Both the position numbers and the translations under genes were made by a program. Source: an uncultured Candidatus Poseidoniales archaeon (lineage in GTDB: Archaea; Thermoplasmatota; Poseidoniia; Poseidoniales; Poseidoniaceae). Taken from it: a stretch of DNA of 64,000 bases. Shown here piece after piece: positions 18,509-27,239 of the stretch (its first letter is position 1; every line of letters starts with the position of its first letter). The stretch covers positions 6,318 through 70,317 of the forward strand of contig CAXGWS010000007.1 of assembly GCA_964013535.1 (NCBI GenBank). Direction: 5' to 3'. The notes beneath the pieces are model-generated. The model did no database searches, was not told the origin of the DNA, and saw only the letters and a program-made list of their open reading frames with translations.

Positions 18509-19942
18509 CTAAAATTCAGATGGAATATTATTGACGATTTCATGACCGTGTCGGTTTATTGATTCAACAAGTGAGCGCAGAACTTTCTCATCGATTAGTG
18601 GATTTGCTATAACCGCTCGAATTACTACATCCTCGCCGATATTCGACCTACTCACCAGATGAATTCCTTCTCGCATCATTCGATTCCGAATTTCCGTGTT
18701 TAACTCATTCAAGTTTTGCCCTTCAATTTCAAATCTAAAGCAAATATTAGACCATTCACGCTCAGACATCATACAGAGATGTTCCGATGATGTCACCAAG
18801 TCTTCGAGATAATTCGACAACATGCAGTATCTTTCTACCATTTTTGCCCATCCAGAATCACCAATTTCTCGCCAGGCAAGCCATAATTTCAACGAATCAT
18901 TCCGACGACCACACTGTAAGGAATAACGCCCAAGATCTACTTCTCTTGTATCATTATGAAACAAATAGTGTGCAGAGTCACCGTGTGCGCAGACTGCTCG
19001 GAGTATCGACTGGTGTTTAGTGAGAAATACACTACAAATTAACGGTAATCCCATCATTTTGTGAGCATCCCAGCAAATACTGTCCGCCAATTCAACCCCA
19101 TCCATGAGGCTGCGGTGTTGTTTAGAGAACAAGCAACTACCACCCCAAGCGGCATCGACGTGCAACCAAATATTATTGTCATGAGTGATATTTGCTATCT
19201 CTCTTAACGGATCAAATGCACCCCGTACAGTAGTTCCAGAGGTAGCAATAACACAGAAAGGAATTTGTCCGTTGGCTTTTGCTCGATTAATTTCTTCAAG
19301 TAATGCGTCTGGTTTCATCTTGCCGCGCTGATCACATGCCACTTTGATTAAATTTTGATGACCGATACCAATAACGTTAGCCGACATTAACACTGAGTAG
19401 TGAGCTTCTGCAGAAACAAAAGCGACGTATTTAGTGCCGTCGAATCCGTTAAGTGATGATAGTGGGTCAATGCTTTGACGAGCACACAACATTCCAAGCA
19501 TGTTCCCGTTGGAACCACCAGTAGTCATTGTACCAAATCCATCAGCAAAGCCAACTATCTCCATCATTCGATGAATAATTTCCTTTTCTATTAACGTAGC
19601 AATAGGTGAAAGTTCGTATGTATACATAGACTGATTTGTTAATGCTGCAATTACGTCGCCGGAAAATCCGGCCAGGTTCAAGCCCCCCCACAACGGATTC
19701 ATGAACTCGGGGCGGTTAGTTTTGACACATTGTCGTAGAAACTCGTCAATATCATCAAGGACTGCTTGAACACCATTACCTTCCAAGGGCAATGCCAAAT
19801 CTGTGACTCTTTTCCTAGATTCATATTGCAAGAAATCTACCGTTTTAGTTTGTTTATCGGCATTTGTGTCAATGTATGAACTAATCCTGACCATCAATTC
19901 GTCGAGAAACTCTGACAACTGGGTCCCCCGCATTGATATCAT
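18509..19942 (-). CDS. Group II PLP-dependent amino-acid decarboxylase (glutamate / cysteine-sulfinate / diaminobutyrate decarboxylase-like)
   Basis: 477 aa. HVDAAWGG and the PLP-lysine motif DAHKMMG. Substrate cannot be assigned from sequence alone. Confidence 0.85.
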   Translation of the reverse strand: MISMRGTQLSEFLDELMVRISSYIDTNADKQTKTVDFLQYESRKRVTDLALPLEGNGVQAVLDDIDEFLRQCVKTNRPEFMNPLWGGLNLAGFSGDVIAALTNQSMYTYELSPIATLIEKEIIHRMMEIVGFADGFGTMTTGGSNGNMLGMLCARQSIDPLSSLNGFDGTKYVAFVSAEAHYSVLMSANVIGIGHQNLIKVACDQRGKMKPDALLEEINRAKANGQIPFCVIATSGTTVRGAFDPLREIANITHDNNIWLHVDAAWGGSCLFSKQHRSLMDGVELADSICWDAHKMMGLPLICSVFLTKHQSILRAVCAHGDSAHYLFHNDTREVDLGRYSLQCGRRNDSLKLWLAWREIGDSGWAKMVERYCMLSNYLEDLVTSSEHLCMMSEREWSNICFRFEIEGQNLNELNTEIRNRMMREGIHLVSRSNIGEDVVIRAVIANPLIDEKVLRSLVESINRHGHEIVNNIPSEF

Positions 19943-20259
19943 CCCAGCGCGCGTATTCCTTGAAATATGCGGTTAGATTGAATCTAAAAACTCTAAAATA
20001 TCCAATATATTCATCTCGGGTAAATAATTATTGATTATGCATTCGAGGCATGTAATGCAATTACACAAAATATCCCTTGTAAAATCGTCATATCAGCTGC
20101 AGTAAAACCTGATCTCGCCAGTTTATCTGAAAATTAGCATATCAACATACAAATGATGAATAAAAATCGTTCTAATTACGGTTTTTTTGCGCTAAAACAA
20201 CATGCATAATGCATAAATCATTAGTAATATTGAATAATAATAAGTCTTTAGCCACCAAT

Positions 20260-21132
20260 ATGTTAGGCGATGTAGGCAGTAAGTGGCTCGACAGATTACA
20301 CCAACATGTGGCGAAGGATTTGCGTAGTAAGGGCTGGTCTCAAACCGAAATAGCCTCAATGCTTGGCTCAACTCAAAGCACAATATCTAGGCACTTACAA
20401 AAGCCTACTATTAGGCTAAATGCGTCTGCTGATGAAGCAATGATTGATTCATGGTCTAGTGAATTATCCCAAGCACTTTCCGCAATCGGAGCACAAGCAG
20501 ATGTGGTTAGACAAAGATTGATCATTGAACTCCAATTTACCGGAAACCAAACTTTAAGATTTGACAAAACACTTACTGGCCTGGATTTGGATAGCGGCCA
20601 AATGGAAAGCGCACTGCTCAGGAGACTAGAATGGGCTATCGGAAGGCTCGATGTTAAGAGAATAGAACACATAATACCAGCAGTAGGCATGAATATTGCA
20701 TCATGCACTAAGGGGGCTAGAAACAACGAACGAGTAGCATCTTTTCCAGGTAGGATTGCTGTTGTAAATGGTAAACTCAGACACCACGAGACACCAGCAT
20801 TTGGAGTCTCTAAACATCTCGCATCAATATTGATACAGGCTCACACCATGAATGAGGCAAAAACCTCGATTATCAACCTAAAACCAGAAATAACTGACGA
20901 AAAGGTCAATGTTGGCAAAGTCAAAGACATATGCGACCAACTTGGCTATTCTTTTGCCACCTGCAAGAAAGGTAAGCTCGTCGGTTCACATTCCAAAATT
21001 GACATCATTCTTGATGAGGGAGGTTATGGTTGGGAGCCGAGTTTGTACATTCTCGCACACAACCCGCTGGAATTAATCGACCGTACTCACTTGATTGCTG
21101 GCCAATTTGGAGGTGTAACTAATGAAAACTAA
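20260..21132 (+). CDS. thiR: HTH transcription regulator fused to a ThiN-like (thiamine-phosphate-synthase-like) ligand domain; ThiR-type thiamine regulator
   Basis: N-terminal HTH (WSQTEIASMLGSTQSTISRHL). The C-terminal domain carries ThiN-like landmarks (IPAVGMNIA.., VASFPGRIAVV, FGVSKHLA, GGYGWEPSLYILAHNP). Overlaps the thiB start by 11 nt. The ORF-track start 20209 adds a low-complexity AT-rich 17 aa, so ATG 20260 is preferred. Confidence 0.6.
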   Translation: MLGDVGSKWLDRLHQHVAKDLRSKGWSQTEIASMLGSTQSTISRHLQKPTIRLNASADEAMIDSWSSELSQALSAIGAQADVVRQRLIIELQFTGNQTLRFDKTLTGLDLDSGQMESALLRRLEWAIGRLDVKRIEHIIPAVGMNIASCTKGARNNERVASFPGRIAVVNGKLRHHETPAFGVSKHLASILIQAHTMNEAKTSIINLKPEITDEKVNVGKVKDICDQLGYSFATCKKGKLVGSHSKIDIILDEGGYGWEPSLYILAHNPLELIDRTHLIAGQFGGVTNEN

Positions 21133-22255
21133 ACTAATTTTGTGTATATTATTGCTTGTAACTGCATCAACTGCCGGCTGCCTTGGAACGCTCGAAGAGG
21201 AGGGAGAATTGTATTGTGAAGTATTGCCTGCTGGGCATGAGGATGATGGAAAATTGAGAATAATTAGTTATGATGTGCTTGCTTTAAGCGACAGCATGAT
21301 AGAAGAATTCACTAACGAAACCGGTTATGAAGTCGAATTTATCAAAGAAGATGATGCTGGAGGCATATTAGACCAAATGATGCTTACCAAAAATGCCCAA
21401 CAAGCAGACTTGATGATTGGATTAGACAACACATATCTGCAAACTGCTATCGAAAATTGCTTGTTGAGAGATACTATATACACTAGCAACGATAATTATC
21501 AAAACATTAGCTCAAGTGCTTTAGAGCCATATTCTGGACCTTTAGCAGTTCCATTTGACCAAGGTCCCGTTTGCTTGAATTATGATGAAGACTTTGTTGA
21601 TGGAGAAAACGTTACTGAGCCTACATCCCTATGGGACTTAACAGATGAGGTATGGAAGGGTAAAACTGCATTCCCCTCGCCAATAACCTCGTCCCCCGGT
21701 AGATCATTTATGGTCGCAACAATCGATTACTTCGAAAATGATGATGATGAAAATACCAACGCATTCGATTGGTGGAAGGCTATGGCCGAGAATGACGCAA
21801 TATTTACTTCGGGCTGGACTGAAGCATATGAGACTCATTACACCGGAGGGTATGGTGAATACACTACTGGATACATTGGCGATGCGCACATAACTGTATC
21901 CTACTGCCAATCACCAGGAGTGGAGGCTTATTACGGTGGAAACTATACCCATTCGACATCGCTTGTTTTGCCAAAAGCAACAATTCAGCAAGTAGAATAT
22001 ACTGGAATCGTTAACGGTGCAGCAAATATCATTGCGGCTGAACTCTTTATCGAATATTTACTGAGCCCAGAAATCAATGCACAGATGCCAGAAAATAATC
22101 TGATGTATCCAGTCTTAGAAGGATATGAACTGCCTGAAACCGACGGCTACAGATATCATTCCGACACCCCTGCTGAAAATGCTGACATAGATATTGAAAG
22201 AATCAATGAAGAAATGCAAGACTGGCTCGAGGAATGGAAAACTGCGACAGATTGA
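21122..22255 (+). CDS. thiB: ABC transporter substrate-binding lipoprotein, ThiB/FbpA family (thiamine inferred from context)
   Basis: 377 aa. Signal peptide with lipobox-like LLLVTASTAGC. Family-1 SBP size. Followed by a fused two-domain permease and an ATPase, as in thiBPQ. Confidence 0.65.
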   Translation: MKTKLILCILLLVTASTAGCLGTLEEEGELYCEVLPAGHEDDGKLRIISYDVLALSDSMIEEFTNETGYEVEFIKEDDAGGILDQMMLTKNAQQADLMIGLDNTYLQTAIENCLLRDTIYTSNDNYQNISSSALEPYSGPLAVPFDQGPVCLNYDEDFVDGENVTEPTSLWDLTDEVWKGKTAFPSPITSSPGRSFMVATIDYFENDDDENTNAFDWWKAMAENDAIFTSGWTEAYETHYTGGYGEYTTGYIGDAHITVSYCQSPGVEAYYGGNYTHSTSLVLPKATIQQVEYTGIVNGAANIIAAELFIEYLLSPEINAQMPENNLMYPVLEGYELPETDGYRYHSDTPAENADIDIERINEEMQDWLEEWKTATD

Positions 22256-22260
22256 GGTGA
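22254..22260 (+). promoter_or_regulatory. Shine-Dalgarno sequence GAGGTGA overlapping the thiB stop codon, serving thiP
   Basis: 7-nt match to the canonical anti-SD complement. The nearest downstream in-frame codons are CTG (22265), CTG (22268) and ATA (22271). See the thiP start finding. Confidence 0.5.
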
Positions 22261-22333
22261 GAAGCTGCTGATACAAAATCAGCATAGTAGAGCTATTTCT
22301 GTTGGACAATGGATAGTCGCTACAGCATTTTGT

Positions 22334-24019
22334 GTGCTTACGATTGCTCCTCTTGGCTATGCCATTTTGCGTTTGACTGCAGTAACTGATTTGACAATCG
22401 TTGAAGCATTGGGCAATTTTCTTGCTGACGACGACACGGTAAGAGCACTGAGGTTCACACTACTTGAGGCTACCTTTTCCACCATATTTACCATAATTAT
22501 TGGGCTTCCAATAGCATGGTATTTGGGCAGATACAAGTGGAAACACATACGAATACTCAGAGCATTATTATCAGTGCCATTTGTGACGCCTTCTATCGTT
22601 GTAGCAATGGGATTTTTGATGCTAATAGACCCTGATGGGTTGCTGAATTATGCCGGCATTGACCTGAGGTTAGAATCCGGTATAATTGGCGATATTGCTA
22701 GTTATACTGGCTGGGCAAATCCAGGACATTTTATTGCCCTAATTGCTGCCCATGTTTGGTTCAACCTGTCCTTAGTAATGCGGTTTATTGAGCCAACTCT
22801 GTCAACTATGGACAAGTCTTGGGAAGAACAAATTAGATTCTTACCAGCAGGTTCAACCCGCTTTGGACGAGTTAGAAATCTTTGGTTGCCAATTTTAGGT
22901 CCGGCGGCGTTGTGTGCCGCCTCGTTATGCTTTATTTTCTCATTCACCTCATTTGCTTTAATCAAATGGCTAACTCCCAATCAAGACAATCTCGAAACAT
23001 TGATGGCCAAATCCGGAGGCTCTGCTGGCATCTACAATTACCGAGTTGACACCAGTGAGATTGTGCTTGCCACTTCAATTGTACAATTGATGATTCTATG
23101 CTTAGCAATATTGATTACCGCACAAATCCAAAGAAAACACTCGGTCATTCATGCCGTTGTAACAGAAAATTCCGAATCTGTGGGCAAGATAAAGCCCAAT
23201 CCTGCCGCTAAATTGATAATCTCAGGTGCGGTGATATATTCGCTATTACCATTGATACTGGTGGCGATATCATCGTTTAGAATTAGGGACATCTCAAATG
23301 GTGACTACTCATACTCTACCGAAGCTTGGCAGGAAGCGTGGTCTGGAAATTATTCCGCTACCGCCATACCTGAGGCGTTATACAATTCACTGATTTACTG
23401 TATAATCACACTAGTGATCGCATTACCAATAGGTTACGTGATATCCTCGCTTATCGCCCGTTTAGAACATGAGGGAAGGATCTGGACGGCAAGAGTTGTT
23501 GAAGTTCTATCGATGATTCCACTTGCGTTATCGGCGGTAATGATTGGTTTGGGAATTCTTATTGGCCTATTGAAATGGTCTCCGTCCCTGTTCTCTTGGA
23601 TACTTATTCCGGCCATACCACATATCGTAATCACAACCCCATTTGTTATCCGAATCATGTTGCCAGCCATGCGTTCATTGCAGCCAGAGTACATGGAACA
23701 AGCCAAACTACTGGGCTTATCAACAATCAAATCTTGGTGGCACGGTAAAATTTTGATGTTGCGTGCTCCTTTGGTTGTCTCAGCCGCACTCACGATGGCG
23801 TTTTCCTTAGGTGAATTCGGTGCATCATGGATACTTGTTAGATCCGGTTCTTGGGACAGTCTTTCGGTATTAGTAGACCAGTTAATGGGACAACCAAAGT
23901 TTGACCCATTGATACAACCGATGGCAATGGCGGCAGCAACAACTTTGATGCTCTTGACATTCGTATTATTTCTAATAGCAGAGAAATTTAGAGCCAACGA
24001 AGAAGGAAGTGGTTTTTGA
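22334..24019 (+). CDS. thiP: ABC transporter permease, fused double-domain ThiP/FbpB type. The true start is probably upstream of GTG 22334.
   Basis: 561 aa from GTG 22334, with about 12 TM segments in two homologous halves. The frame is open back to the thiB stop. The upstream 26 codons complete the first TM helix (..HSRAISVGQWIVATAFCVLTIAPLGYAIL). Confidence 0.75.
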   Translation: MLTIAPLGYAILRLTAVTDLTIVEALGNFLADDDTVRALRFTLLEATFSTIFTIIIGLPIAWYLGRYKWKHIRILRALLSVPFVTPSIVVAMGFLMLIDPDGLLNYAGIDLRLESGIIGDIASYTGWANPGHFIALIAAHVWFNLSLVMRFIEPTLSTMDKSWEEQIRFLPAGSTRFGRVRNLWLPILGPAALCAASLCFIFSFTSFALIKWLTPNQDNLETLMAKSGGSAGIYNYRVDTSEIVLATSIVQLMILCLAILITAQIQRKHSVIHAVVTENSESVGKIKPNPAAKLIISGAVIYSLLPLILVAISSFRIRDISNGDYSYSTEAWQEAWSGNYSATAIPEALYNSLIYCIITLVIALPIGYVISSLIARLEHEGRIWTARVVEVLSMIPLALSAVMIGLGILIGLLKWSPSLFSWILIPAIPHIVITTPFVIRIMLPAMRSLQPEYMEQAKLLGLSTIKSWWHGKILMLRAPLVVSAALTMAFSLGEFGASWILVRSGSWDSLSVLVDQLMGQPKFDPLIQPMAMAAATTLMLLTFVLFLIAEKFRANEEGSGF

Positions 24020-24678
24020 TGTCCGATGAAAAAATCATTGCCAAGATTGCCGTACAAGACAAGAGTTTTGCTTCAGAGCCAATTTTTTCCAACCTGAAAT
24101 TGTCTGTCAAACAAGGTGAAATTGTGTCAATTTATGGCCCGAGTGGTTGTGGTAAAACAACACTATTAAGGATGATTGCTGGGCTTGAAACCGCTCGTTT
24201 AAACGAAGTTTGGTTCGACGATAATGTGGACCAAAATATTGGATTCATATTTCAAAAGCCAGTTCTTTATCCCCACCTTAACGTTGCCAAAAATATCTTG
24301 TTAGGCATAAAATCGAAACTTTCGAAAAGTGAAAAATTATCAACAGTCAATCAATCATTAGAACTAGTCAATTTATCAGGATTTGAAAACCGTAATGTGT
24401 CGACCCTATCCGGTGGTGAAGCGCAACGTGTAGTGCTTGCGCGAGCACTATTAGCAGAACCAAGACTTTTACTACTGGATGAGCCTTTCTCTTCCCTCGA
24501 CCTAAATTCTCGTCGACAGTTAGCCAATGATGTGAAGCAAATTTTGAACCTGAAAAATGTAGCTGCAATACATGTGTCCCATGATTTAGAAGAAGCAAAA
24601 ATCATCTCTGACCGCATTGTAAACTGGGAAGAAATTTGTGAGCCAAACAACGCAAGCAATAATAACGAGGATGACTAA
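24019..24678 (+). CDS. thiQ: ABC transporter ATP-binding protein (ThiQ-like)
   Basis: Walker A GPSGCGKTT, signature LSGGEAQR, Walker B LLLLDEP. ATG 24019 overlaps the thiP TGA by 1 nt. The ORF-track start 24016 is TTG. Confidence 0.8.
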   Translation: MSDEKIIAKIAVQDKSFASEPIFSNLKLSVKQGEIVSIYGPSGCGKTTLLRMIAGLETARLNEVWFDDNVDQNIGFIFQKPVLYPHLNVAKNILLGIKSKLSKSEKLSTVNQSLELVNLSGFENRNVSTLSGGEAQRVVLARALLAEPRLLLLDEPFSSLDLNSRRQLANDVKQILNLKNVAAIHVSHDLEEAKIISDRIVNWEEICEPNNASNNNEDD

Positions 24679-24685
24679 ACATAAC

Positions 24686-25231
24686 ATGAGCAAGATGCCT
24701 GCCGTGCCGATTGAAGTATTACCATACATTAGAGGTATACAATTAGTGTTGTCTGGATATGAGGGATATACCAAAGGTAAACGACGAGAAGCCGACAAGC
24801 TGATTCGTCAAGAAATCAAGCGTGCAGCAACACGAGCGAGGAACCACATCTCAAATGTGCAAGACCTTGCTTTCAAAACCGATAAAATGGTGATTGCAAA
24901 AGTCGCTAAATTAGCCACCAGTGAAATTGATAATTTGATAGAAGATGTTGACAAGTCCGTTACTGGAATGAACCACGCATTCTTTTCTGGGTCACGCTCA
25001 GTGAAAGTAAGTGACCTAAAGAAATTAATCAAGCATGACCATGATGTAATTGAGATGGTAACAAAAGCAATCAATATTGCCAACAGTGCAGAACATGCAT
25101 TCAATACAAGTAAGACTGATGAGGATGTAACGAATTTGATTCAACAATGCCAGCAAATGGTAACAAGTTGTCAAGGATTTTTTAACTCAAGAAATAAAAT
25201 CCTTGGTGGACTAAGGCAGAAATCAAAGTAG
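24686..25231 (+). CDS. Hypothetical all-helical protein, upstream partner of the SPFH protein
   Basis: 181 aa from ATG 24686. The longer GTG 24638 start would overlap thiQ. Heptad-like charged helices. No family recognised. Stop lies 6 nt before the next gene. Confidence 0.5.
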   Translation: MSKMPAVPIEVLPYIRGIQLVLSGYEGYTKGKRREADKLIRQEIKRAATRARNHISNVQDLAFKTDKMVIAKVAKLATSEIDNLIEDVDKSVTGMNHAFFSGSRSVKVSDLKKLIKHDHDVIEMVTKAINIANSAEHAFNTSKTDEDVTNLIQQCQQMVTSCQGFFNSRNKILGGLRQKSK

Positions 25232-25236
25232 GTGAG

Positions 25237-26457
25237 ATGATGAGTAAAAGATACAGATGGCGAGACAGCCCGAATATTTTGGCCAAGTTGGTCGACGCTA
25301 ATAACTTGAATACGTGGAAAACACAAGAAGTCGTTTTGAAGCCAAATGAAGCCTGTATGTTCCTTGTTGACGGAAGAATTGGAGATATCCTGACCGAGAA
25401 AGTGGTCAACAACATCGCTGGTGGTTTTAGCCGTTTCATCGGCGACATGATGGGGGTTACCGCAAAAGACAGACGGCTACTATTTGCGATGACGGGTCCA
25501 GCTGATATTTCAATTCCCTTCTCTGGAAATCTACCCAACGGGGCGACTGCAACCGGCTTTGCCAACATTAGGGTCCAATTGCGTACTGAGGACATTCCAA
25601 AACTGCTGAATATGTTTGCCAACAGTGCTCCCATGCTTGACCGAAAGAGGCTCGCAGAAGTGCTGCATAATGAATTGATGATGCGAGTCATAAACCCATC
25701 ATTGGCTGAATGCAGTGACGATTCAGTATTGCGAACCTCAGCATTCCAAGAAAAATTTGAGATGCGAGCCGAAGTAGAGTTACGATCAACTCTCTCAACA
25801 TTAGGATTTACCATGTTAAAAGCATTCATAACTACCAATCAAACTGATAACGAAAAGATTGCTCAGTTACAATCTCAACTTTCCACTGCTACCAATACCG
25901 AAGGCGCTCATGCTGAAGCACTGATGGAAAGAATTGCAATTCGAGAAGCGGCAACATTGAGACGAATTGAGTGTGAAGTAAATGTTGCCAAGGCTGAGGC
26001 TGCTGGTAAAGTGGCAGTAGAATTACAATCTGAGCTGAAAGATTTGCTTAAACAGGAAGCATACTGGGAAGCTGAACTTAAGCGAGATGAGGGTCAATTG
26101 AATCTACGAATGAAAGAATCAACGCACAAAACTGAACAAGCGATGGCCATGTTTGAACAAGTACAATCGAATAAGCGAGAAAGAATTAAACAACAAATGG
26201 ACCATCAAAATCAAAGAATGGACAAGCAGAATGATCTTCAAGTAAAAATGATGGAGATGGCGGCACAGAACGATGCTTTGACTCCCGAAGTTATGCAGGA
26301 ATTCCTGCGGCAACAAACGGCTCAAAAGGTTGTAGATGGACCTGGTGGAGAATTAGAAAGTGCATCCAATAAACCAGAAGAATACATGTGCAGTAGTTGC
26401 TCAAAGCCCGTCATGGTTGGCTGGAATGCCTGCCCGCATTGTGGAATTTCTCTCTAA
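25237..26457 (+). CDS. SPFH/Band-7-like protein (YdjI / Band_7_1 type) with a long coiled coil and a C-terminal zinc ribbon
   Basis: 406 aa. The N-terminal about 200 aa resemble the YdjI-type SPFH fold (VVLKPNEACMFLVDGRI..). The central E/K/Q-rich coiled coil is followed by CSSCSKPV..CPHCG. GGTGAG SD immediately upstream. Confidence 0.7.
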   Translation: MMSKRYRWRDSPNILAKLVDANNLNTWKTQEVVLKPNEACMFLVDGRIGDILTEKVVNNIAGGFSRFIGDMMGVTAKDRRLLFAMTGPADISIPFSGNLPNGATATGFANIRVQLRTEDIPKLLNMFANSAPMLDRKRLAEVLHNELMMRVINPSLAECSDDSVLRTSAFQEKFEMRAEVELRSTLSTLGFTMLKAFITTNQTDNEKIAQLQSQLSTATNTEGAHAEALMERIAIREAATLRRIECEVNVAKAEAAGKVAVELQSELKDLLKQEAYWEAELKRDEGQLNLRMKESTHKTEQAMAMFEQVQSNKRERIKQQMDHQNQRMDKQNDLQVKMMEMAAQNDALTPEVMQEFLRQQTAQKVVDGPGGELESASNKPEEYMCSSCSKPVMVGWNACPHCGISL

Positions 26458-26498
26458 TTCGGGAGATTCTTAATTAATCAGTCCAATATCGAATTATC

Positions 26499-27239
26499 AT
26501 GTCTCTGAGGTGGGGTTCTCGACCTTGGAAAATATGGCGTAGCCACTGGCGCAATCAGAAATCTATGTCTGGGCTTCGCCTACCAATCGCTTTGATAATG
26601 TCAATACTCATTTTCGGTGGATTGGGATACTTAGCAACTAATCGGTTTGCTGACTGGCGGGATTGGCAGGCGTTCGACCCAACCACTGGACTAGACACTT
26701 GGATTCCCGTAATCCCATGGATGATTGTTCCGTATTCAACCCTCTACTTCTATTATCCAATGGCAGCACTACTCGGCATGAAGAATACCAAAACCCAAAG
26801 GGAGAATGTTATTTTTCATCAGATTGTAATTCTGTTAGCATTATTGGTTTATGTTGTGTTCATATTGCTACCGGTGGAAGTTGATTTGCGCGCTAGAGTT
26901 TTTGAGGCTGAACTTGGAATATGGCAATCATGGTACGATTCTTTGTACGGCGTTGATACCCCATGGAATGCGTGGCCGTCTCTGCATATTGTTCAAAGTC
27001 TCCTTGCGGTCTTGGTAGTAAATAGATGGTATGAAGACAGCGAAAATCAGTGGTTGATTAGGTGCTTATGGTTCGCTTGGCTGATGTTAACAATCTCTGT
27101 TATGACTACAAAACAACACTTTGTCTGGGATGTTGTAACTGGAGTTATAGTGGCGGTCTTGACTTGGAAGTACTGGATGAAACCATCACTTGATGGCTGT
27201 CATGACCATGACTCAATCACCAGATTTGATGAATTGTAA
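26499..27239 (+). CDS. PAP2-superfamily membrane phosphatase/phosphotransferase (sphingomyelin-synthase / AUR1-like subgroup)
   Basis: 246 aa, 5-6 TM helices. WPSLHIV and KQHFVWDVVTG match the PAP2 C2 (SxH) and C3 (HxxxD) motifs. AT-rich TTAATTAATC sits about 25 nt upstream. Confidence 0.6.
   Translation: MSLRWGSRPWKIWRSHWRNQKSMSGLRLPIALIMSILIFGGLGYLATNRFADWRDWQAFDPTTGLDTWIPVIPWMIVPYSTLYFYYPMAALLGMKNTKTQRENVIFHQIVILLALLVYVVFILLPVEVDLRARVFEAELGIWQSWYDSLYGVDTPWNAWPSLHIVQSLLAVLVVNRWYEDSENQWLIRCLWFAWLMLTISVMTTKQHFVWDVVTGVIVAVLTWKYWMKPSLDGCHDHDSITRFDEL

Noticed and set aside
20152-20158. ATGATGA (C-box-like) in the thiR upstream region, considered as a possible C/D-box sRNA
   Set aside because: No CTGA D box lies at an appropriate distance downstream on the plus strand, and there are no terminal complementary ends. 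On the minus strand I found no canonical C box, and only a CTGA adjacent to a degenerate TGACGA.
20209-20259. N-terminal 17-aa extension of the ThiR-like regulator (MHKSLVILNNNKSLATN)
   Set aside because: It is an AT-rich low-complexity stretch that looks like promoter DNA and contains the candidate TATA and ATGCAT repeats. The HTH domain is complete from ATG 20260.
22253-22255. TGA read-through producing a ThiB-ThiP fusion protein (both genes share a frame with no other stop between them)
   Set aside because: TGA is used as an ordinary stop by many genes in this window. The positive residues (HSR) before TM1 suggest an N-in permease, which is incompatible with an extracellular SBP fused upstream. 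An SD sits at the junction. Non-canonical initiation is the more economical explanation and is kept as a finding.
23434-24057. Long antisense ORFs inside well-supported genes: 207 aa opposite thiP, 218 aa at 25182-25838 opposite the SPFH gene, 168 aa at 8055-8561 opposite deoA, 147 aa at 58853-59296 opposite sufC, and 144 aa at 5417-5851 opposite the LTD/PLD gene
   Set aside because: Each is fully nested opposite a gene with clear family motifs. None has recognisable domains or a translation-initiation context. They are treated as shadow ORFs.
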